Below are positions 24,367 to 38,590 of a stretch of 64,000 bases of DNA, in pieces. The position numbers and the translations under genes were made by a program. This DNA comes from the human T2T-CHM13v2.0 reference genome, Homo sapiens: NCBI RefSeq assembly GCF_009914755.1, contig NC_060948.1; one strand, 5' to 3'. Below the pieces are notes generated by a model, which searched no databases, had not been told where the DNA came from, and saw only the letters and a list, made by a program, of their open reading frames with translations. The first letter of the stretch is position 1, and the number at the start of each line of letters is the position of its first letter.

Positions 24367-27300
24367 ACTAAATCGAATGGAATGGAATTGATAGGAACGG
24401 AATGGAAAGGAATGCAATGATTTGGCATGGAATGGAATCGAATGGCATCGAATGGAATGGAATGGAATGCAATGGAATGGAATGTATTAGAATGTAATGA
24501 ACATTAATGGAATGTACTCGAATGGATTCGACTGGAATGGAATGTTCTGGAAGTGAATGGACTCCAATGGAATGGATTCGAAAGGAATGGAATCGAACGG
24601 AATGGAATCTAATGGAATGGAATTAAACGGAAATGAATCAAATTGAATAGCACGGAATTGAATTGAATGGAATCGAATGCAATGGAATCTAATGAAACGG
24701 AAAGGAAAGGAATGGAATGGAATGGAATGGGCTGGAATGGAAAGGAATCGAAACGAATGGAATGGAATCGAACTGAAGAGACTGGAATGGAATGCACTGG
24801 AATGGAAGGGAGTGTAATGGAAGGTTCTCGAAAATAATGGAAGCAAATGGAATGGAATTGAATGGAACGGAATAGAGTTGAATGGAATTGAATGGAATGG
24901 AATGGACTAGAGTGAAATGGAATCGAACCACAAGGAATGGACAGGAATAGAATGGTCTCGAATTGAATGGAATCGTATGGAATGGCATCAAACGGAATGG
25001 AATGGACAGCCACGGAATGGAATGCACTCGAATGCAATGGTGTCGAAACTTATGGACTGGAATAGAATGGACTCGACTGGTACGGACTCCAATGGAATGG
25101 AATCGAATGGAAGGGATTCGAACGGAATGTACTCGAAGGGAAAAGACTGCAATGGAAAGGTCTCGAATGGAATGGAAATTAATGGAATGGAATGGAATCG
25201 AATGAAATGGAGTCAAAAGGAATGGAATCGAATGGCAAGAAATCGAATGTAATGGAATCGCAAGGAATTGATGTGAACGGAACGGAATGGAATGGAATCC
25301 AAAGGAATGGAATAGAATGGAATGGAATCGAATGGAAAGGACTCGAATGGAAATCACTCGAATAGAATGCAATTTAATAAAATAGGATCAAATGTAATTG
25401 AATGGAATGGAAAGGAATCGAAACGAAAGGAATGGAGACAGATGGAATGGAATGGAACAGAGAGCAATGGTATAGAATGGAATGGAATCATCTGGAATGG
25501 AATTGAATGGAATGGAATAATATGAAATGGAATGGAATGGAATGGAATGGAATGCCCTTGAATTAAATGGACTGGAATGGAATGGACTCGAACAGAGTGG
25601 AATGGAAAGTGTTGAGATAGAATGGAATGGACTCTTTTGGAATGGTCTAGTATGCAATGCAATCGACTGGCAGGGAATCAAAAGGAATGTAATCGAATGG
25701 ATTAGACCAGAATGCAATGGACTCGAATAGATTGGAAACGGAATGCAAAGGAATGGAATGGAATAGTATGGAATGGAATGGAAAGGAATGGAGTGGAATA
25801 GACTAGAGTGGAATGGAATGGACCTGAAAGCAATGGACTGGAATGGAACTTTCTTGAATGGACTGGAATCAAACGGAATGGAATGCAATGCAATCAAATG
25901 GCATGGAATAAAATAGAATGAAAGAGAATCAAATGGAATTGAATCGAATGGAATCGAATGGATTGGAAAGGAATAGAATGGAATGGAATGGAATTGACTC
26001 AAATGGAATGGACTAGAATGGAATGGATTCGAATGGAAGGCAAAGGAATGGAATCTATTGGAATGGACTGTAATGGAATGGAATGGAAGGGATTGGAATG
26101 GACTCGAATGGAATGGACTGCAATAGAAAGGATTCGAATGGAATGAAAAAGAATTGAATGGAATAGAACAGAATGGAATCAAATCGAATGAAATGGAATG
26201 GAATAGAAAGGAATGGAATGAAATGGAATGGAAAGGATTCGAATGGAATGCAATCGAATGGAATGGAATCGAACGGAATGGAATAAAATGGAAGAAAACT
26301 GGCAAGAAATGGAATCGAAATGAATGGAGTGTTATGGAACGGACTCAAAAGGAATTGAATGTAATAGAATGGAGTGGAGTGGACTCGAATATAATGGACT
26401 GGAATGGAATGAAATCACATGGAATGGGAACGAATGGAATGGAATGGAAAGGAATGGAATCGAATGGAAAGGAATCGAATGGAAGGGAATGAAATTGAAT
26501 CAACAGGAATGGAAGGGAATAGAATAGACGGTAATGGAATGGACTCGAATAGAATGGACACGAATGCTCAAATTGAATGGACTCGAATGGAATGGAAACG
26601 AAAGGAATGTCATCGAATGGAATTGAATCGATTGGAATGAAATCGCATAGAATGGAGTGGAATCAAATGGAATTGAATCGAAAGGAAAGGAAGCGAATGG
26701 ACTGAAATGAAATGGAATGGAATTGAATGGAAAGTAATGCAATGGAATAGAATGGAACGAAATTTCACGGAATGGAATCAAACTGAATGGAATCAAATCA
26801 ATGGAATCAAATCAAATGGAATGGAAAGGAATTGAATGGAGTAGATTGGATTGGATGGGATTGGAATGAAATGTACTGGAAAGGACTCGAATTTCATGAA
26901 ACGGAATGGAATGAATTGGAACGGAATGGACTCGAATGGAATGGAATGTCATGTAATGGCATCAAATGGAATGGCATCAAATGGAATGGAATCGAATGCA
27001 ATGGAATGCTATGGGATGGAATGGAATGCATTGGAATGGAATGTCCTCTAATGGAATGGATTCGAGTGGAATGGAATCGAATATAATGGAGTCGAAAGAA
27101 AAGGAATTGAAAGGAATGGGATCGAATACAATGGAATATACTGGAATGTAATGTAATGAACTCGAATGTAATTGACTGGAATGGAATGTACATGAATGGA
27201 ATGTAATCGAATGGAAAGTAATCCAATGGAATAGAATCTAATGCAATAAAATCGACTCAGATAGAGTAGAATGTAATGGAATGGAGTGCAGTGCAATGGA

Positions 27301-30300
27301 ATGGAATGGAATGGAATGCAATGGAATGGAATGGAATGGAATGGAATGGAATGGAATGGAATGGGATGGAATGGTATGGAATGGATAGTAATGGACTGGA
27401 ATGAAATGGACTGGAAAAGAATGGACTCAAATTGAAAGGGCTCGAAAGCAATGGAGTCAAATGGAGTGGTCTGGAATGGAATGAACACGAATGTAATGCA
27501 ATCCAATAGAATGGAATCGAATGGCATGGAATATAAAGAAATGGAATCCAAGAGAATGGAAACAAATGGAATGGAATTGAATGGAATGGAATTGAATGGA
27601 ATGGGAACGAATGGAGTGAAATTGTATGCAGTAGAAGAGAATAGAATGGAATGCAAGCGAAAGGAAAGGAATGGATTGCAATGGAATGGAATTCATTGAA
27701 ATGGAAGGAAATGTAGTGTAATGGACAGGCCTGGAATAAAGTGGAATGCTACGGTCTCGAATGGAATAAAAATGTATGGAATGGAATGCAATGAAACGGA
27801 ATCGAATGTCATAGAATGTAATGGAATGCAAAAAAATGGAATCCAAAATCATTGACTGGAAAGGCTGGGTGTCGAAAGGAATTGACTCCAATGGAATGGA
27901 ATCGAATGGAATGGAATCGAATGGAATGGAAGTGAATAGAATCGAACTAAATCGAATGGAATGGAATTGATAGGAACGGAATGGAAAGGAATGCAATGAT
28001 TTGGCATGGAATGGAATCGAATGGCATCGAATGGAATGGAATGGAATGCAATGGAATGGAATGTATTACAATGTAATGAACATTAATGGAATGTACTCGA
28101 ATGGATTCGACTGGAATGGAATGTTCTGGAAGTGAATGGACTCCAATGGAATGGATTCGAAAGGAATGGAATCGAACGGAATGGAATCTAATGGAATGGA
28201 ATTAAATGGAAATGAATCGAATTGAATAGCACGGAATTGAATTGAATGGAATGGAATGCAATGGAATCTAATGAAACGGAAAGGAAAGGAATGGAATGGA
28301 ATGGAATGGGCTGGAATGGAAAGGAATCGAAACGAATGGAATGGAATCGAACTGAAGAGACTGGAATGGAATGCACTGGAATGGAAGGGAGTGTAATGGA
28401 AGGTTCTCGAAAATAATGGAAGCAAATGGAATGGAATTGAATGGAACGGAATAGAGTCGAATGGAATTGAATGGAATGGAATGGACTAGAGTGAAATGGA
28501 ATCGAACCACAAGGAATGGACAGGAATAGAATGGTCTCGAATTGAATGGAATCGTATGGAATGGCATCAAACGGAATGGAATGGACAGCCACGGAATGGA
28601 ATGCACTCGAATGCAATGGAGTCGAAACTTATGGACTGGAATAGAATGGACTCGACTGGTACGGACTCCAATGGAATGGAATCGAATGGAAGGGATTCGA
28701 ACGGAATGGACTCGAAGGGAAAAGACTGCAATGGAAAGGTCTCGAATGGAATGGAAATTAATGGAATGGAATGGAATCGAATGAAATGGAGTCAAAAGGA
28801 ATGGAATCGAATGGCAAGAAATCGAATGTAATGGAATCGCAAGGAATTGATGTGAACGGAACGGAATGGAATGGAATCCAAAGGAATGGAATAGAATGGA
28901 ATGGAATCGAATGGAAAGGACTCGAATGGAAATCACTCGAATAGAATGCAATTTAATAAAATAGGATCAAATGTAATTGAATGGAATGGAAAGGAATCGA
29001 AACGAAAGGAATGGAGACAGATGGAATGGAATGGAACAGAGAGCAATGGTATAGAATGGAATGGAATCATCTGGAATGGAATTGAATGGAATGGAATAAT
29101 ATGAAATGGAATGGAATGGAATGGAATGGAATGCCCTTGAATTAAATGGACTGGAATGGAATGGACTCGAACAGAGTGGAATGGAAAGTGTTGAGATAGA
29201 ATGGAATGGACTCTTTTTGAATGGTCTAGTATGCAATGCAATCGACTGGCAGGGAATCAAAAGGAATGTAATCGAATGGATTAGAATGGAATGCAATGGA
29301 CTCGAATAGATTGGAAACGGAATGCAAAGGAATGGAATGGAATAGTATGGAATGGAATGGAAAGGAATGGAGTGGAATAGACTAGAGTGGAATGGAATGG
29401 ACTGGAAAGCAATGGACTGGAATGGAACTTTCTTGAATGGACTGGAATCAAACGGAATGGAATGCAATGCAATCAAATGGCATGGAATAAAATAGAATGA
29501 AAGAGAATCAAATGGAATTGAATCGAATGGAATCGAATGGATTGGAAAGGAATAGAATGGAATGGAATGGAATTGACTCAAATGGAATGGACTAGAATGG
29601 AATGGATTCGAATGGAAGGCAAAGGAATGGAATCTATTGGAATGGACTGTAATGGAATGGAATGGAAGGGATTGGAATGGACTCGAATGGAATGGACTGC
29701 AATAGAAAGGATTCGAATGGAATGAAAAAGAATTGAATGGAATAGAACAGAATGGAATCAAATCGAATGAAATGGAATGGAATAGAAAGGAATGGAATGA
29801 AATGGAATGGAAAGGATTCGAATGGAATGCAATCGAATGGAATGGAATCGAACGGAATGGAATAAAATGGAAGAAAACTGGCAAGAAATGGAATCGAAAT
29901 GAATGGAGTGTTATGGAACGGAGTCAAAAGGAATTGAATGTAATAGAATGGAGTGGAGTGGACTCGAATATAATGGACTGGAATGGAATGAAATCACATG
30001 GAATGGGAACGAATGGAATGGAATGGAAAGGAATGGAATCGAATGGAAAGGAATCGAATGGAAGGGAATGAAATTGAATCAACAGGAATGGAAGGGAATA
30101 GAATAGACGGTAATGGAATGGACTCGAATAGAATGGACACGAATGCTCAAATTGAATGGACTCGAATGGAATGGAAACGAAAGGAATGTCATCGAATGGA
30201 ATTGAATCGATTGGAATGAAATCGCATAGAATGGAGTGGAATCAAATGGAATTGAATCGAAAGGAAAGGAAGCGAATGGACTGAAATGAAATGGAATGGA

Positions 30301-33300
30301 ATTGAATGGAAAGTAATGCAATGGAATAGAATGGAACGAAATTTCACGGAATGGAATCAAACTGAATGGAATCAAATCAATGGAATCAAATCAAATGGAA
30401 TGGAAAGGAATTGAATGGAGTAGATGGGATTGGATGGGATTGGAATGAAATGTACTGGAAAGGACTCGAATTTCATGAAACGGAATGGAATGAATTGGAA
30501 CGGAATGGACTCGAATGGAATGGAATGTCATGGGATGGCATCAAATGGAATGGCATCAAATGGAATGGAATCGAATGCAATGGAATGCTATGGAATGGAA
30601 TGGAATGCATTGGAATGGAATGTCCTCTAATGGAATGGATTCGAGTGGAATGGAATTGAATATAATGGAGTCGAATGAAATGGAATTGAAAGGAATGGGA
30701 TCGAATACAATGGAATATACTGGAATGTAACGTAATGAACTCGAATGTAATTGACTGGAATGGAATGTACATGAATGGAATGTAATCGAATGGAAAGTAA
30801 TCCAATGGAATAGAATCTAATGCAATAAAATCGACTCAGATAGAGTAGAATGTAATGGAATGGAGTGCAGTGCAATGGAATGGAATGGAATGGAATGCAA
30901 TGGAATGGAATGGAATGGAATGGAATGGAATGGAATGGAATGGAATGGAATGGGATGGAATGGTATGGAATGGATAGTAATGGACTGGAGTGAAATGGAC
31001 TGGAAAGGAATGGACTCAAATTGAAAGGGCTCGAAAGGAATGGAGTCAAATGGAATGGTCTGGAATGGAATGAACACGAATGTAATGCAACCCAATAGAA
31101 TGGAATCGAATGGCATGGAATATAAAGAAACGGAATCGAAGAGAATGGAAACAAATGGAATGGAATTGAATGGAATGGGAACGAATGGAGTGAAATTGTA
31201 TGCAGTAGAAGAGAATAGAATGGAATGCAAGCGAAAGGAAAGGAATGGATTGGAATGGAATGGAATTCATTGGAATGGAAGGGAATGTAGTGTAATGGAC
31301 AGGCCTGGAATAAAGTGGAATGCTACGGTCTCGAATGGAATAAAAATGTATGGAATGGAATGCAATGAAACGGAATCGAATGTCATAGAATGTAATGGAA
31401 TGCAAAAAAATGGAATCCAAAATCATTGACTGGAAAGGCTGGGTGTCGAAAGGAATTGACTCCAATGGAATGGAATCGAATGGAATGGAAGTGAATAGAA
31501 TCGAACTAAATCGAATGGAATGGAATTGATAGGAACGGAATGGAAAGGAATGCAATGATTTGGCATGGAATGGAATCGAATGGCATCGAATGGAATGGAA
31601 TGGAATGCAATGGAATGGAATGTATTAGAATGTAATGAACATTAATGGAATGTACTCGAATGGATTCGACTGGAATGGAATGTTCTGGAAGTGAATGGAC
31701 TCCAATGGAATGGATTCGAAAGGAATGGAATCGAACGGAATGGAATCTAATGGAATGGAATTAAATGGAAATGAATCGAATTGAATAGCACGGAATTGAA
31801 TTGAATGGAATGGAATGCAATGGAATCTAATGAAACGGAAAGGAAAGGAATGGAATGGAATGGAATGGGCTGGAATGGAAAGGAATCGAAACGAATGGAA
31901 TGGAATCGAACTGAAGAGACTGGAATGGAATGCACTGGAATGGAAGGGAGTGTAATGGAAGGTTCTCGAAAATAATGGAAGCAAATGGAATGGAATTGAA
32001 TGGAACGGAATAGAGTCGAATGGAATTGAATGGAATGGAATGGACTAGAGTGAAATGGAATCGAACCACAAGGAATGGACAGGAATAGAATGGTCTCGAA
32101 TTGAATGGAATCGTATGGAATGGCATCAAACGGAATGGAATGGACAGCCACGGAATGGAATGCACTCGAATGAAATGGAGTCGAAACTTATGGACTGGAA
32201 TAGAATGGACTCGACTGGTACGGACTCCAATGGAATGGAATCGAATGGAAGGGATTCGAACGGAATGGACTCGAAGGGAAAAGACTGCAATGGAAAGGTC
32301 TCGAATGGAATGGAAATTAATGGAATGGAATGGAATCGAATGAAATGGAGTCAAAAGGAATGGAATCGAATGGCAAGAAATCGAATGTAATGGAATCGCA
32401 AGGAATTGATGTGAACGGAACGGAATGGAATGGAATCCAAAGGAATGGAATAGAATGGAATGGAATCGAATGGAAAGGACTCGAATGGAAATCACTCGAA
32501 TAGAATGCAATTTAATAAAATAGGATCAAATGTAATTGAATGGAATGGAAAGGAATCGAAACGAAAGGAATGGAGACAGATGGAATGGAATGGAACAGAG
32601 AGCAATGGTATAGAATGGAATGGAATAATCTGGAATGGAATTGAATGGAATGGAATAATATGAAATGGAATGGAATGGAATGGAATGGAATGCCCTTGAA
32701 TTAAATGGACTGGAATGGAATGGACTCGAACAGAGTGGAATGGAAAGTGTTGAGATAGAATGGAATGGACTCTTTTGGAATGGTCTAGTATGCAATGCAA
32801 TCGACTGGCAGGGAATCAAAAGGAATGTAATCGAATGGATTAGAATGGAATGCAATGGACTCGAATAGATTGGAAACGGAATGCAAAGGAATGGAATGGA
32901 ATAGTATGGAATGGAATGGAAAGGAATGGAGTGGAATAGACTAGAGTGGAATGGAATGGACTGGAAAGCAATGGACTGGAATGGAACTTTCTTGAATGGA
33001 CTGGAATCAAACGGAATGGAATGCAATGCAATCAAATGGCATGGAATATAATAGAATGAAAGAGAATCAAATGGAATTGAATCGAATGGAATCGAATGGA
33101 TTGGAAAGGAATAGAATGGAATGGAATGGAATTGACTCAAATGGAATGGACTAGAATGGAATGGATTCGAATGGAAGGCAAAGGAATGGAATCTATTGGA
33201 ATGGACTGTAATGGAATGGAATGGAAGGGATTGGAATGGACTCGAATGGAATGGACTGCAATAGAAAGGATTCGAATGGAATGAAAAAGAATTGAATGGA

Positions 33301-35053
33301 ATAGAACAGAATGGAATCAAATCGAATGAAATGGAATGGAATAGAAAGGAATGGAATGAAATGGAATGGAAAGGATTCGAATGGAATGCAATCGAATGGA
33401 ATGGAATCGAACGGAATGGAATAAAATGGAAGAAAACTGGCAAGAAATGGAATCGAAATGAATGGAGTGTTATGGAACGGACTCAAAAGGAATTGAATGT
33501 AATAGAATGGAGTGGAGTGGACTCGAATATAATGGACTGGAATGGAATGAAATCACATGGAATGGGAACGAATGGAATGGAATGGAAAGGAAAGGAATCG
33601 AATGGAAAGGAATCGAATGGAAGGGAATGAATTTGAATCAACAGGAATGGAAGGGAATAGAATAGACGGTAATGGAATGGACTCGAATAGAATGGACACG
33701 AATGCTCAAATTGAATGGACTCGAATGGAATGGAAACGAAAGGAATGTCATCGAATGGAATTGAATCGATTGGAATGAAATCGCATAGAATGGAGTGGAA
33801 TCAAATGGAATTGAATCGAAAGGAAAGGAAGCGAATGGACTGAAATGAAATGGAATGGAATTGAATGGAAAGTAATGCAATGGAATAGAATGGAACGAAA
33901 TTTCACGGAATGGAATCAAACTGAATGGAATCAAATCAATGGAATCCAATCAAATGGAATGGAGTAGATTGGATTGGATGGGATTGGAATGAAATGTACT
34001 GGAAAGGACTCGAATTTCATGAAACGGAATGGAATGAATTGGAACGGAATGGACTCGAATGGAATGGAATGTCATAGAATGGCATCAAATGGAATGGCAT
34101 CAAATGGAATGGAATCGAATGCAATGGAATGCTATGGAATGGAATGGAATGCATTGGAATGGAATGTCCTCTAATGGAATGGATTCGAGTGGAATGGAAT
34201 CGAATATAATGGAGTCAAATGAAATGGAATTGAAAGGAATGGGATCGAATACAATGGAATATACTGGAATGTAATGTAATGAACTCGAATGTAATTGACT
34301 GGAATGGAATGTACATGAATGGAATGTAATCGAATGGAAAGTAATCCAATGGAATAGAAACTAATGCAATAAAATCGACTCAGATAGAGTAGAATGTAAT
34401 GGAATGGAGTGCAGTGCAATGGAATGGAATGGAATGGAATGCAATGGAATGGAATGGAATGGAATGGAATGGAATGGAATGGAATGGGATGGAATGGTAT
34501 GGAATGGATAGTAATGGACTGGAGTGAAATGGACTGGAAAGGAATGGACTGAAATTGAAAGGGCTCGAAAGGAATGGAGTCAAATGGAATGGTCTGGAAT
34601 GGAATGAACACGAATGTAATGCAATCCAATAGAATGGAATCGAATGGCATGGAATATAAAGAAATGGAATCGAAGAGAATGGAAACAAATGGAATGGAAT
34701 TGAATGGAATGGAATTGAATGGAATGGGAACGAATGGAGTGAAATTGTATGCAGTAGAAGGGAATAGAATGGAATGCAAGCGAAAGGAAAGGAATGGATT
34801 GGAATGGAATGGAATTCATTGGAATGGAAGGGAATGTAGTGTAATGGACAGGCCTGGAATAAAGTGGAATGCTACGGTCTCGAATGGAATAAAAATGTAT
34901 GGAATGGAATGCAATGAAACGGAATCGAATGTCATAGAATGTAATGGAATGCAAAAAAATGGAATCCAAAATCATTGACTGGAAAGGCTGGGTGTCGAAA
35001 GGAATTGACTGCAATGGAATGGAATCGAATGGAATGGAAGTGAATAGAATCGA
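24367..35053 (+). repeat. DYZ1 units 8-10 (3579, 3559, 3549 bp; shared 5' subtype D)
   Basis: Landmarks at 24367, 27946 and 31505. Shared markers AAATAATGGAAGCAAA, AACTTATGG, GGGATTCGAAC, CTCTTTT, GGATTAGA. Confidence 0.9.
30876..30950 (+). repeat. Longest pure (TGGAA)n tract: 4 copies, TGCAA, then 10 copies (30901-30950)
   Basis: Counted directly. The homologous tract varies in length between units. Confidence 0.85.
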
Positions 35054-38000
35054 ACTAAATCGATTGGAATGGAATTGATAAGAACGGAATGGAAAGGAAT
35101 GCAATGATTTGGCATGGAATGGAATCGAATGGCATCGAATGGAATGGAATGGAATGCAATGGAATGGAATGTATTAGAATGTAATGAACATTAATGGAAT
35201 GTACTCGAATGGATTCGACTGGAATGGAATGTTCTGGAAGTGAATGGACTCCAATAGAATGGATTCGAAAGGAATGGAATCGAACGGAATGGATTCTAAT
35301 GGAATGGAATTAAATGGAAATGAATCAAATTGAATAGCACGGAATTGAATTGAATGGAATCGAATGCAATGGAATCTAATGAAACGGAAAGGAAAGAATG
35401 GAATGGAATAGAATGGGCTGGAATGGAAAGGAATCGAAACGAATGGAATGGAATCGAACTGAAGAGACTGGAATGGAATGCACTGGAATGGAAGGGAGTG
35501 TAATGGAAGGTTCTCGAAAAAAATGGAATCGAATGGAATGGAATTGAATGGAACAGAATAGAGTCGAATGGAATTGAATGGAATGGAATGGACTAGAGTG
35601 AAATGGAATCGAACCACAAGGAATGGACTGGAATAGAATGGTCTCGAATTGAATGGAATCGTATGGAATGGCATCAAACGGAATGGAATGGACAGCCACG
35701 GAATGGAATGCACTCGAATGCAATGGAGTCGAAACTAATGGACTGGAATAGAATGGACTCGACTGGTACGGACTCCAATGGAATGGAATCGAATGGAAGG
35801 GAATCGAACGGAATGGACTCGAAGGGAAAAGACTGCAATTGAAAGGTCTCGAATGGAATGGAAATTAATGGGATGGAATGGAATCGAATGAAATGGAGTC
35901 AAAAGGAATGGAATCGAATGGCAAGAAATCGAATGTAATGGAATCGCAAGGAATTGATATGAACGGAACGGAATGGAATGGAATCCAAAGGAATGGAATA
36001 GAATGGAATGGAATCGAATGGAAAGGACTCGAATGGAAATCACTCGAATAGAATGCAATTTAATAAAGTAGGATCAAATGTAATAGAATGGAATGGAAAG
36101 GAATCGAAACGGAAGGAATGGAGACAGATGGAATGGAATGGAACAGAGAGCAATGGTATAGAATGGAATGGAATCATCTGGAATGGAATTGAATGGAATG
36201 GAATAATATGAAATGGAATGGAATGGAATGCCCTTGAATTAAATGGACTGGACTCGAACAGAGTGGAATGGAAAGTGTTGAGATAGAATGGAATGGACTC
36301 CTTTGGAATGGTGTAGTATGCAATGCAATCGACTGGCAGGGAATCAAAAGGAATGTAATCGAATGGATTGGACTGGAATGCAATGGACTCGAATAGATTG
36401 GAAACGGAATGCAAAGGAATGGAATGGAATAGTATGGAATGGAATGGAAAGGAATGGAGTGGAATAGACTAGAGTGGAATGGAATGGACTGGAAAGCAAT
36501 GGACTGGAATGGAACTTTCTTGGATGGATTGGAATCAAACGGAATGGAATGCAATGCAATCAAATGGCATGGAATAAAATAGAATGAAAGAGAATCAAAT
36601 GGAATTGAATCGAATGGAATCGAATGGATTGGAAAGGAATAGAATGGAATGGAATGGAATTGACTCAAATGGAATGGACTAGAATGGAATGGATTCGAAT
36701 GGAAGGCAAAGGAATGGAATCTATTGGAATGGACTGTAATGGAATGGAATGGAAGGGATTGGAATGGACTCGAATGGAATGGACTGCAATAGAAAGGATT
36801 CGAATGGAATGAAAAAGAATTGAATGGAATAGAACAGAATGGAATCAAATCGAATGAAATGGAATGGAATAGAAAGGAATGGAATGAAATGGAATGGAAA
36901 GGATTCGAATGGAATGCAATCGAATGGAATGGAATAAAATGGAAGAAAACTGGCAAGAAATGGAATCGAAATGAATGGAGTGTTATGGAACGGACTCAAA
37001 AGGAATTGAATGTAATAGAATGGAGTGGAGTGGACTCGAATATAATGGACTGGAATGGAATGAAATCACATGGAATGGGAACGAATGGAATGGAATGGAA
37101 AGGAATGGAATCGAATGGAAAGGAATCGAATGGAAGGGAATGAAATTGAATCAACACGAATGGAAGGGAATAGAATAGACTGTAATGGAATGGACTCGAA
37201 TAGAATGGACACGAATGCTCAAATTAAATGGACTCGAATGGAATGGAAACGAAAGGAATGTCATCGAATGGAATTGAATCGATTGGAATGAAATCGCATA
37301 GAATGCAGTGGAATCAAATGGAATTGAATCGAAAGGAAACAAGCGAATGGACTGAAATGAAATGGAATGGAATTGAATGGAAAGTAATGCAATGGAATAG
37401 AATGGAACGAAATTTCACGGAATGGAATCAAACTGAATGGAATCAAATCAATGGAATCAAATCAAATGGAATGGAAAGGAATTGAATGGAGTAGATGGGA
37501 TTGGATGGGATTGGAATGAAATGTACTGGAAAGGACTCGAATTTCATGAAACGGAATGGAATGAATTGGAACGGAATGGACTCGAATGGAATGGAATGTC
37601 ATGGGATGGCATCAAATGGAATGGCATCAAATGGAATGGAATCGAATGCAATGGAATGCTATGGAATGGAATGGAATGCATTGGAATGGAATGTCCTCTA
37701 ATGGAATGGATTCGAGTGGAATGGAATTGAATATAATGGAGTCGAATGAAATGGAATTGAAAGGAATGGGATCGAATACAATGGAATATACTGGAATGTA
37801 ACGTAATGAACTCGAATGTAATTGACTGGAATGGAATGTACATGAATGGAATGTAATCGAATGGAAAGTAATCCAATGGAATAGAATCTAATGCAATAAA
37901 ATCGACTCAGATAGAGAAGAATGTAATGGAATGGAGTGCAGTGCAATGGAATGGAATGGAATGGAATGCAATGGAATGGAATGGAATGGAATGCAATGGA

Positions 38001-38590
38001 ATGGAATGGAATGGAATGGAATGTGATGGAATGGTATGGAATGGATAGTAATGGACTGGAGTGAAATGGACTGGAAAGGAATGGACTCAAATTGAAAGGG
38101 CTCGAAAGGAATGGAGTCAAATGGAATGGTCTGGAATGGAATGAACACGAATGTAATGCAACCCAATAGAATGGAATCGAATGGCATGGAATATAAAGAA
38201 ATGGAATCGAAGAGAATGGAAACAAATGGAATGGAATTGAATGGAATGGAATTGAATGGAATGGGAAGGAATGGAGTGAAATTGTATGCAGTAGAAGAGA
38301 ATAGAATGGAATGCAAGCAAAAGGAAAGGAATGGATTGCAATGGAATGGAATTCATTGGAATGGAAAGGAATGTAGTGTAATGGACAGGCCTGGAATAAA
38401 GTGGAATGCTACGGTCTCGAATGGAATAAAAATGTATGGAATGGAATGCAATGAAACGGAATCGAATGTCATAGAATGTAATGGAATGCAAAAAAATGGA
38501 ATCCAAAATCATTGACTGGAAAGGCTGGGTGTCGAAAGGAATTGACTCCAATGGAATGGAATCGAATGGAATGGAAGTGAATAGAATCGA
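35054..38590 (+). repeat. DYZ1 unit 11 (3537 bp)
   Basis: Landmark at 35054. Markers CAACACGAA, GCAGTGG, GGAAACAAGCG, GGGAAGGAAT. Confidence 0.9.
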
